DNA of 64,000 nt. Origin: Actinomycetota bacterium. Its GTDB lineage: Bacteria > Actinomycetota > Actinomycetes > Mycobacteriales > Pseudonocardiaceae. Below the pieces are notes generated by a model. The model saw only the letters and a list, made by a program, of their open reading frames with translations. It was not told the origin of the DNA and searched no databases. Positions 1 through 8,300 of this stretch are shown here, in pieces. The number at the start of each line of letters is the position of its first letter. The first letter of the stretch is position 1. The translations under genes were made by a program, and so were the position numbers. The DNA is taken from assembly GCA_021324675.1 (NCBI GenBank), contig JAJPIR010000146.1, positions 6,298 to 70,297 on the forward strand, read 5' to 3'.

Positions 1-558
1 GCGGACCTCCGCAGGAAGCACCGATCGGGCCGGGTGCCGACGTAATCCTCGATTGTCGGGGATGAAATCGAGGCGAGCGAGATGTTACAGGCCTGCCCGA
101 CGGTTGGTGCACGGGCATATGCACGTAACAGGTGCACTGTACATCTGCACGGCCTGGCGCCGTCCGCTGAAGATGTGGCCGGTAAGCCTCGCGAGCGTGT
201 CCAGCTGTCCCGACCTGATAGGTCGCCGCTGGGGCCGCTCGGGTGTCACCGCCAGTGGTGCACCGATGAGGAAGACGGATCGATGAACAGTGGTGCAGGC
301 CGAGATGCCAAGGTCGGAGCTGAAGACCCCGCGATTTGGGAGCAGCGGAGCAGGCTAACACCCCGTCCATGTTCCCTGCTGTGCTGAGGAGTACAGCAGC
401 GGTGTGACCGCGAGGACACCGGTGCGGTGGTGTTGGGTCACCATTTTCCGTAGTGGCGCACTATTGTGCTCGGCGACCTCGATGGCTTGCGGAAAAGGAG
501 CGGGATCTGACTTGGTAACGCTCGGTGCGTTGGCAACTTCAAATGCTCTCGAGCTCTT

Positions 559-3519
559 TCAGGCGTCACGTTCGACTAGGTAGTTCACAAGTGCTTGTAT
601 AAAATCCAGATCGAGACCATCGTCGGCTCCCGCAAATGCCACGGGGAGCTCTTTTTGTGCCGCGTCTGTCAATGCTGAAGCCGCATGCCGGGCCCATTCG
701 ATGCTTCCGCTTCGCCCGAGCAGATCGTAGATGTCGACAAGCTCGCGCTGCAAGCGTCTTCCGTTAGGGCGTGAGAAAACATTCTGCAACCAGGCTCGTT
801 CTGAAGGCGCGGCATGGCTGAAAGCATGAGAGAGCACTAATGTCCGTTTCCCTTCGCAGAGGTCGCCAGCGATCTCCTTGCCGTAGCGTGACTGGTTGCC
901 GACAAGGTTGAGGATATCGTCTTGGATCTGGAAGGCGGCGCCGAGCAGAAAGCCGAATCGATTGAACCGGTTGAGATCGTCGTCGGCGCCTGCGACGAGC
1001 GCACCGATGCGCATCGGGTGAATAAAGCTGTACCAGGCAGTCTTCTTGAGCACCATGCGGAGATAATCGGCGGTACTTACATCCCATTGACTGTCGCGCA
1101 TCCAGCCCAGTTCCATCGCCTGACCCTCGAGTGACTCCATGAGCAAGTGGTCAACCTCTTCCACGATCCGCAGTGCCACATCTGGATCTAGGTGACCTAG
1201 GTTGCGCCTGAATAGGCGCATCGACAGGGCATTCATGGCGTCGCCGGTATTCACGGCCAAGGGAATCCCGACACGTTGATGCATTGTGGTCTGACCGCGG
1301 CGTGACAGGCTGCCGTCCTCGATATCGTCATGCACAAGGAACGCGTTGTGCAGCAGCTCTAAGCCCGCCGCCGAGGGCAGCGCCGCCTGCGTACTGCCGC
1401 CGTAAGCCCGGCATGTCGCCAGGCAGAGAGCCGGACGCAGCCCCTTGCCCGGCTTGGCGGTGAAGTCCCGCACAAGGTCATACAGGTATTTGCTGGGCTC
1501 CTTCCATGGCAGCGTTTCTCTCACAGTCGTCAAGGCCTGGTCCCGGTACCAGCTCAGACGTTCCAGGAAGCCCATTGGTCCGGTGAGCGTATCCGAGCCG
1601 GGCGCCACCGGAAGACCCGTGGGGAGCAACGACTGGCGCCTCAAGACGGTCTCCGTGGCGTCGGTGAGCGCTTCGTCCGCCCGGAGCACCTGCAGCGATT
1701 GCTCCACATCAGCGAGACCGGTTTTCAACGCCGACACGTAGGGAGTGACGGGTTCGGCTTGAGCCATCAGTTGGGCTACCCCGTTGAGCCTTGGCCCCGC
1801 GGCGGACAAGCCGGTCACCGCGAAATCCACGAGCGTCGTGTCCCAGCTGAGCCCGAGACGGAAGCGTGCAGCGTCGTAAGACCGAAAAGGCTCGAGGACC
1901 GCCGGCTCTTCCAAGGGCCAGACATCGCATCGAGAACCTGAGAAGCCATCGGCGTCAAGGATCCCGTTAACCGCTCGACGCGCCGCTTCGTTTGCGGCTT
2001 CCATCGTGGCGAGATCGGTGTGCGTCCGTACGTAATCTGCGGCGAGGAAGAAGTTGGGGATGGCCGTGACCGCTTCGGGACGCGAACGCCAGGTGTCCAC
2101 ATAATTGACCAACAGCGGCTCAAGGTTCGTCAGCTGCCCAGAGTGGGTGGGCTGTGCCACAATGTCGGGATCGAGGAACCATCCGCACAGGTTGTCGTCG
2201 TCGAGTACCTTGGCACCGCCGCTGTTCACCGAGCGCTTGAGCTGCTCCCATGTCTCAGCCGCGACTTCGTCGGGCGAGCAGTCTTGGGCAGGGCGCCCGT
2301 TGAGGCCGGGCATATCCCAGTCCGACACATCGGTCGAAATGATGCCATTGAATTCCAGATTGGCGTACCGATCGATCATTTCTGGGCGCCAGAACTGAGC
2401 CTGTGAGATGCTCGTAAGCGCCCACTCCGAATCAATGTGGATCATGTGCCCGTGCAGCATAGGGACATCTCGGCGCAAGTAAAACTGGACGCCGTTCATC
2501 CATTCGACGTTAGGTAGGAGGGTTTCCAGCGACTCGAGGGACGGATCCGCGGCGAGGATTTCCGGCGTGATGAGGGGAGCGGCACGCTCCAAGGGGACAG
2601 CGCACAGGTAATAGTCGCCTTGAATCAACTCCGGTCGGCCGTTTTGCTCGGCCACGACGCCGGTGATCCGGCCGCGGTCACAGCAGATTTGCTTCACTTC
2701 GACGCACGTGCGGTAGTCGACCCCCAGGGAATGAAGCCACCGTCTCCACGGATCGATCCACACGATGCTGGTCGGCCCATCCAATACTCGATCGGTCGTG
2801 CCGGCTACGGCTCCCGGATCAAGAATGGTCAACATCAGCTGGATGAAGATGTCGCCGATCGTCCGGGTGCTCGCCATCCTGGCCTTGGCAGCGACAAGGG
2901 ATCGGGTGATACCTGTAGCGAGGAACTTCTGATAGGCCTTCGAACGTGGCTCAGCGGCGGTGAACTCCCACCACGAAATCTTCTCGTACTCGGCGAGCCG
3001 CCGCTCCGGGCAGGACGTGAGGATTTGCCAGAGGCGGGCTCCGAACACAGCCAGGTCGTCGGGTTCCAGTCCAGTCACTGGGGTGAAGGCAAGCAGTATG
3101 TCCTGCAGAATGGTCAGCGCGTCGGTCGGTGTGCGTGGAAACCGGGCAGGAAGCTCGAAGGTCGGCTGCATGTATTGGGTGATGCCGAGCCGAGTCGTAT
3201 TGACCAGCGCATTCGCGACCGAGCGTCCCTCCCCGGTCGGCGTGCGCCGCATCGAATCGATGACGTGCTTGTAGAAGCCGGGGAAAAATCGAAAGCCGTG
3301 CTCGCCCGGAACCCAGGGGATAGGAACTCCAGCTGGAACGTCAGGGATCGTTCCTGGTGCTCGCTCGCCCATCCCTCCGGGAGGAACCTCGATGCTGCGC
3401 GCCTTTCCGCCCGGGGCGTCGCGCCGTTCGAGCACCACGACCTGAAATCCCCGCTCAGCCAATTCGTGAGCGGCCGTCATGCCGGCCATGCCGCCCCCCA
3501 GCACGACGACCTTAGCCAT
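559..3519 (-). CDS. Fusion protein: N-terminal FAD-dependent oxidoreductase (amine oxidase / phytoene desaturase-like) and C-terminal polyprenyl diphosphate synthase (986 aa)
   Basis: N-terminus MAKVVVLGGGMAGMTAAHELAERGFQVVVLERRDAPGGKA is a Rossmann dinucleotide-binding GxGxxG motif. The C-terminal ~330 aa carry the first Asp-rich motif FLVHDDIEDG (nt 1315..1329) and a second motif FQIQDDILNL (nt 907..921), typical of trans-isoprenyl diphosphate synthases. The ATG at 3519 overlaps the upstream gene's stop by 8 nt. Confidence 0.8.
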   Translation of the reverse strand: MAKVVVLGGGMAGMTAAHELAERGFQVVVLERRDAPGGKARSIEVPPGGMGERAPGTIPDVPAGVPIPWVPGEHGFRFFPGFYKHVIDSMRRTPTGEGRSVANALVNTTRLGITQYMQPTFELPARFPRTPTDALTILQDILLAFTPVTGLEPDDLAVFGARLWQILTSCPERRLAEYEKISWWEFTAAEPRSKAYQKFLATGITRSLVAAKARMASTRTIGDIFIQLMLTILDPGAVAGTTDRVLDGPTSIVWIDPWRRWLHSLGVDYRTCVEVKQICCDRGRITGVVAEQNGRPELIQGDYYLCAVPLERAAPLITPEILAADPSLESLETLLPNVEWMNGVQFYLRRDVPMLHGHMIHIDSEWALTSISQAQFWRPEMIDRYANLEFNGIISTDVSDWDMPGLNGRPAQDCSPDEVAAETWEQLKRSVNSGGAKVLDDDNLCGWFLDPDIVAQPTHSGQLTNLEPLLVNYVDTWRSRPEAVTAIPNFFLAADYVRTHTDLATMEAANEAARRAVNGILDADGFSGSRCDVWPLEEPAVLEPFRSYDAARFRLGLSWDTTLVDFAVTGLSAAGPRLNGVAQLMAQAEPVTPYVSALKTGLADVEQSLQVLRADEALTDATETVLRRQSLLPTGLPVAPGSDTLTGPMGFLERLSWYRDQALTTVRETLPWKEPSKYLYDLVRDFTAKPGKGLRPALCLATCRAYGGSTQAALPSAAGLELLHNAFLVHDDIEDGSLSRRGQTTMHQRVGIPLAVNTGDAMNALSMRLFRRNLGHLDPDVALRIVEEVDHLLMESLEGQAMELGWMRDSQWDVSTADYLRMVLKKTAWYSFIHPMRIGALVAGADDDLNRFNRFGFLLGAAFQIQDDILNLVGNQSRYGKEIAGDLCEGKRTLVLSHAFSHAAPSERAWLQNVFSRPNGRRLQRELVDIYDLLGRSGSIEWARHAASALTDAAQKELPVAFAGADDGLDLDFIQALVNYLVERDA

Positions 3520-4426
3520 CGCTGCAGCGCTCCAGCACCTGCGGAAGGTAGATATCGCATTCGACCCGCAGATCCTCCATCACGACCCGGCCGATCCCGA
3601 AGCCCTGGCAGCGGTTGAGCCACATCCAGCCGGGGTGCGCTGTGACAAACGTTGGCGTGGCATAAAAGGGGTGTGTTCCGGTGAACTGACCGGCCGTGAC
3701 TTTCCCATACCCGTCCGGCCCAAGGTCGAAGATTCCGCCAGCCCGGTCGGAGATGAGCGCTCCGTCGGCCGTCTCGTAGGTGACCCGGATGTCCACCATG
3801 CCGATGCCATCGGGGCGGATGCACATCCAGTCGCCCCCTTCGGGCCGGAGTACGGCGTCGATGCTCGGCCCGGCGACACGACCGCTCTCGATGAAAAAGT
3901 TGATCCGGTATCCCTCGGGAGTGTGGCCGATGACCTCAGGCCGAAGCCTCGCGGTGAGGGTGGCGAAGAAGGTCAAGTCGAAGGCCCAAAGGGGGGTGGG
4001 CGCCGAAAATGGTACTTCGGCCGAATGGGCCGGGATCTGCTCATCCGAGACAGCAACCGGCCGCGGTTGCCCGGTTACCGTTAACCAGGAGCCGTCAGCG
4101 GGCAGGGTGGCAAGACGCTGTCCCGCCCGGACCAGCTCAATCCGGTAGTCGACGCAGTGCCCCGCGTCCAGGGCCGGTAGGGCCGCTTGGTACCACTGCT
4201 GCCCTTCCTGTGATGACAGGGTGTCTACTGGCATCGCCCGGAGAAAGGTCGCTGGCCCGCCGTTACGTCGCGTCTGGACGAGGATGGTGTTGCTCGGATG
4301 CTGGGGCGCTGCGCCAACGGCGACGATCGGCACGGTCCCAGCCGGGAGCACGCCACTGGGTAAGGGCAGATTGTCTCTCTCGAGTAGCGAGGAAACTTCC
4401 CCGAAGGGGAACGCGCTCCGTGTCAC
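3512..4426 (-). CDS. DUF3237 (UPF0311)-like beta-barrel domain protein with an unassigned N-terminal extension of ~150 aa (304 aa)
   Basis: The C-terminal half (LRPEGGDWMCIRPDGIGMVDIRVTYETADGALI ... PTFVTAHPGWMWLNRCQGFGIG) matches my recollection of the DUF3237 pattern (PGGADW..RPDG..D.RY.L.TDDGALI ... P.FET....Y.WLNR). The GTG start at 4426 lies 2 nt after the encapsulin stop. Confidence 0.55.
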   Translation of the reverse strand: MTRSAFPFGEVSSLLERDNLPLPSGVLPAGTVPIVAVGAAPQHPSNTILVQTRRNGGPATFLRAMPVDTLSSQEGQQWYQAALPALDAGHCVDYRIELVRAGQRLATLPADGSWLTVTGQPRPVAVSDEQIPAHSAEVPFSAPTPLWAFDLTFFATLTARLRPEVIGHTPEGYRINFFIESGRVAGPSIDAVLRPEGGDWMCIRPDGIGMVDIRVTYETADGALISDRAGGIFDLGPDGYGKVTAGQFTGTHPFYATPTFVTAHPGWMWLNRCQGFGIGRVVMEDLRVECDIYLPQVLERCSDG

Positions 4427-4428
4427 GG

Positions 4429-5331
4429 CTAGCCTTCTTTGTGTAACAGGCAGCGTGCCGTGGGCTGCTTCATGCGAAGCACGAAGCGCTCGGAGACGCG
4501 TAGGACGTAGCGCGGTTCCAGCGAGAGCTGGATGTATTTCAAATGCACGTCGCAGGCCACGACCAGGTCGATGGGCGAGCCCGCCAGCGCGATGATCACC
4601 CCTCGGTCCGGTGGCACCACGCTCGATCGGCGCAGCGGTCCGCCATCGAGGAAGGGGACGATGCGGTCACTGGGCAGGACCAGCGAGCCTTCATTAGGCG
4701 TGTTGGCTGCCTTGTAGAGCGTGTGGCCCAGCACGCAGGCGAAGGGCCCGTAGTGTCCGAGGCTCTCCAGCCTGTGGATAGCGCTCGCTACCGCATTGAC
4801 CAGGTGCCCGCCGCCCTCCGCTAGATGCTCCACCGGCTCCGTACACTCCAGGTCCCCGGTATCGAGCAAACCCGCTTGACGCGGTCCCCGGACCGTGTAG
4901 ACCTCCGGCTTCACCGCGAGCTCGTCATCTATCTTCGGGGGCTCGTCTTGTTCCGTGAGGCCGTTGAACACGATGGCGTCCTCTAGCCTTCCGATGATGT
5001 CGGCGGCCCGGCCCAGCATCTGCTTCGCTGACGCCAGATCGGGATCTTCGGCCTGTTGGGTCCGCAAGTACACCTCGCAGGCGATTGTCGTGAGCTTGAG
5101 CGTCTCCCCGTCGTCGATCTCGAGCCGCATCCGGGCCTCGCCGGGCAGCCGCTGGGGAAGGTCCGGCTGGTCCAACCGAAGCGCGGGCACGCTGGCCTGC
5201 CCGGGCGGCAGCGGGCCGATCAGCGGCAAGAACGAGCTGGCGACCCGTGCTTTGCGGGCGCTGTCTTGGACGATGCGCTGCATGGTGGCCCACTGCTCAT
5301 CGGTCCAGGGAAGGCGGGAATCGTCTGGCAT
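4429..5331 (-). CDS. Encapsulin nanocompartment shell protein, family-1-like (Linocin_M18 type), 300 aa
   Basis: Collinear with T. maritima and M. tuberculosis (Cfp29) encapsulins as I recall them: LPWTDEQWATMQRIVQDSARKARVASSF vs LAPVTEAAWAEIELEAARTFKRHIAGRR; RLEDAIVFNG vs FVEDRTIFEG; GHYGPFACVLG vs GVDGPYSVLLS; LRVSERFVLRM vs LYLQETLTFLC. I chose the ATG at 5331 (MPDDSRLPW) rather than the 388-aa ORF start at 5595, because that start would overlap the cyclase 3' end. Confidence 0.8.
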   Translation of the reverse strand: MPDDSRLPWTDEQWATMQRIVQDSARKARVASSFLPLIGPLPPGQASVPALRLDQPDLPQRLPGEARMRLEIDDGETLKLTTIACEVYLRTQQAEDPDLASAKQMLGRAADIIGRLEDAIVFNGLTEQDEPPKIDDELAVKPEVYTVRGPRQAGLLDTGDLECTEPVEHLAEGGGHLVNAVASAIHRLESLGHYGPFACVLGHTLYKAANTPNEGSLVLPSDRIVPFLDGGPLRRSSVVPPDRGVIIALAGSPIDLVVACDVHLKYIQLSLEPRYVLRVSERFVLRMKQPTARCLLHKEG

Positions 5332-5362
5332 CGGGTCTCGCTTCTGTCGAAGGTGGCTTGAG

Positions 5363-8300
5363 TCAGAGTGGGGCGCGGAGGATGGCGCGGGCGCGAGCGA
5401 GCTCGGGTCGATCGAAACCTTGTGTGAAGCGGGACAGCACCCCTTCCAGCAGGGTGCGACCTTCTCCGGCGCGTCCGTCTTGGGTGCACAACTCGTAGAA
5501 ATCCAACCCGGCGCGCAGCTCAAGCGAGAGTGCGCGCTGCGTCCGAGCTCGCTGGATTGCCTGGTGATACGCCGCCTCGGCCAGCGAGCGTTCACCCTGA
5601 CGGGCCAGAAGCCGGCCCCGCACTCGCCAGATGTCGGGAGCCAGCAAGCCTTCCCGACGTGCCATCTCCGTTTCGGCCGTCGCGAGCCGCCGGAACGCCT
5701 CGTCGTCGTCTCCTAGGCGGTAGAAAGCCTCGGCGCACAGCACGTTCATCATCACCAAACTCAGCCGGGAACCCGTCTGTGCAAAAAGCTCCAGACCCTC
5801 GAGCATCTGAATCCGGGCCCGCTCCGTGTCACCCACAGCCTCTGCGATGAGGCCTTGATAGGTGTAGGTGACGACGTACCAAAAAAAGAAATCCACTTCT
5901 TTAACGAGCGCCATCAGCTCGTCTGTGATACCGGCGAGACGGTCCAACTCGCCCGTATACGAGTATCGGAAAGCGCTATGGAGGGTGAAGGCGAGCGCGC
6001 TCGCCAGGCTCGGCGGGTGTTCCAGCTCGCGCCCTACCTGGAGCATGCGGTCGTAATGTTCATCCGCCTCCACCACGCGGCCGAGCATCCAGAGGCAGTG
6101 CGCCTTCGACGCGAGCAAGGCGACCTGGGAGGAGAGACCGAAGCTGGTCGCGAGCTCTTTTTCCTGTTCCCAATCAAACAGAGCCAAGCCCGCGTCGGCT
6201 TCGTCGAGGCTTCGAGAGAACTCGCCGCGGTAGACAAGGGTGTAGGCAAGGGCGTGCTGTCCGAGCATCTCCAGCATCCTGACACCAGAGGTGCGCGCCA
6301 TCTGGAAGACCGACTCAGCAGCCTCCAGGGCGGAGTCCAACTCCCCACGCAGAAAGCGATTCGTCCACAGTCCCCATCGCGGCGCGAAACTGAGGTCTTG
6401 GCGTCCCAGTTCTTGCGCCAGCCTGAGCGCCCGGGCACAGGTCCGTTCAACCTCTACCGCGCCCCAGCCATATACGGCCATGAGCAGCGGGGCGAGCAGG
6501 ATCTGAAGCGCAAGCTCGCGCTCCTGTCGCTGGTGCGTGGCGGGCAATCGGCCCAGGCAGTCGATTGCTTGCTGAAAGTGTTTGGCTGCCTCATGGGCAG
6601 CAGTTCTCGTTAGCGCCTGCTGACCGGCGGCCTCCCAGAAGGCGACGGCATCCTCGTCCTCACCGGCGGCGGTCAGGTGGCCGGCGACCAGATCGGGACG
6701 TGTCGATGCCAAGGTGGCAAAGCGCTCCCGGAGGGCAGCGGCGATGCGGCTGTGATAGCGCTGCCGTGTCGAGCGCAGTAACGAGTTGTACGCGGCGTCG
6801 CGAATCAGTGCGTGTTTGAAGATGAAAGTGCCCGCTTCGTCGCCGGCCGACCATGCGAGACCGGCGTGCACCAGGCGTTCGAGATCCTGGCGAATGGTTG
6901 CCTCGTCGCGATCGCTCACCTCTCGCAATAGCTGGAAGCTGAACTCCCGGCCGATTGTCGCAGCCAGCTGTGTCGTGGCTCTGGACGCGCCGAGTCGGTC
7001 TATGCGTGAGCTCAACGAGGCATCCATCGAGGCGGGGATCTCGATGGCGACGGGCCCCACCGCCTCCCACGACACCGCTTTCTCGCTCAGCATTCCTGAG
7101 TCCAGGATCGACCGGGTGAGCTCCTCAACGAACAGCGGCACTCCTTCGGAGCGAATCAGAATCTGTTGGACTACTTCGTTCGGCAGTGCCTTGCCCAACG
7201 CCACGCTGCGCACCATCGCCTCCACCTCGGCGCGCTGCAGGCTGGACAGGTCCAGCGTGGTGAGTGCGGGTAAGGTATCCCAGCCTGCGAACTCATACCG
7301 GGCCGTGAGGATGCCTAACAGCGGTACGTCAGCAGCGGTTCTTAACAGCAACTCGAGGAATTCGAGGGTAGAGGTATCTGTCCAGTGCAGGTCATCAACA
7401 AGCAGTAGCACCGGTCCCGGCCGAGCAAATGCGGAGATGAGCTCGACGAGCAGCTGCAGGGTGCGGGTACGTCGGCGTGCTGGGGATAGCTCGAGCGGGG
7501 AGTACCTGTTGCCTAGGGGTATTGATAACAGGGAAGCGAGTAACACAATCGTCTCGACTTCGGCGAGCCCGAGGCCGGCGAGTCCTTGTTCGACCCGGTC
7601 CAAACGGTCAGCCGGGTTTTCCAGGCTCGCCAGGCCGAATTTGAGCTCGATCAGCTCGATCGCTGGGTGAAAAGGGCTGTTGCTGTCATACGGCGTGGAA
7701 CGCATGGTCACCAGATCACATGCCTGAAATTGCACCTCCTCGCAGAACTGCCGGGCCAGGCGCGATTTGCCCATCCCTGGATCGCCCCGCAGCAGGACAA
7801 AACGGCTATGCCCGGCCCGGCTGTCCTCCCACGCTTGCTCGAGAACCGACCGCTCTCGTTCGCGGCCGACGAACGTGGTCAGCAGGCTGACCACCTCGAC
7901 GCGTTCTCTCGAAGGGTTCTCACCTCTGACGAGCCATAGCCGCATCGGCGCAGACACGCCCCTGAGCCGCCACCCACCCAGGCACTTGCCGGTGAAGTAA
8001 CCTTCGACGATCTTCCAGGTGGCCTCGCTGACGAGGAACGTTCCCGGTTCTGCCTTCGACTGTATGCGAGCCGCGATGTTCGGCGTGTCGCCCAGGGCAA
8101 GCCTGTCCTTCCGACCCGCCGAACCTACCGATGCGATGACAACGCGTCCCGTGTGTGCGCCGAGCCGGACATGGAAGGCGGACCCGGGCGGCAGCCTCCC
8201 ACTGTCGCGCAATGCCTTGATGCCTTCGAGGATGTCGAGCCCGCAGCGGACGGCACGCTGTGCTTCATCCTCATGGGACCGTGGGTAGCCGAAGTACGCT

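Noticed and set aside
1-558. Possible 3' end of a plus-strand gene (ADLRRKHRSGRVPT, stop at 43..45) and ~500 nt of apparently non-coding DNA containing a small hairpin (ctgctgt...acagcag near 376..400)
   Set aside because: The 14-codon fragment has strong GC3 bias but is far too short to identify. The ORFs at 53..286 and 82..387 have no motifs and poor codon bias, and the hairpin is short. Nothing here can be supported.
2620-3618. Long plus-strand ORFs antisense to the fusion and DUF3237 genes. The same applies elsewhere: 3479..4084, 12304..13272, 17295..17888, 39029..39646, 43653..44882, 54062..55183, 63107..63790
   Set aside because: These are typical shadow ORFs of high-GC DNA. They are rich in Arg/Pro/Gly/Ala and have no recognisable motifs. 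Each lies opposite a gene with clear family signatures.
4429-5331. Assignment of the shell protein to encapsulin family 2 (the family known to associate with polyprenyl transferases and terpene cyclases)
   Set aside because: The sequence does not resemble the family-2 mycobacterial MMP-I-type proteins as I recall them and has no cNMP-binding insertion. It aligns block by block with family-1 (Linocin_M18) shells.
4429-5595. Track ORF of 388 aa for the encapsulin gene, starting at 5595
   Set aside because: The first 88 codons overlap the 3' end of the cyclase gene (stop at 5363) and do not resemble encapsulin. The family-1 similarity begins right after the internal ATG at 5331 (MPDDSRLPWTDEQW), so I used 4429..5331.
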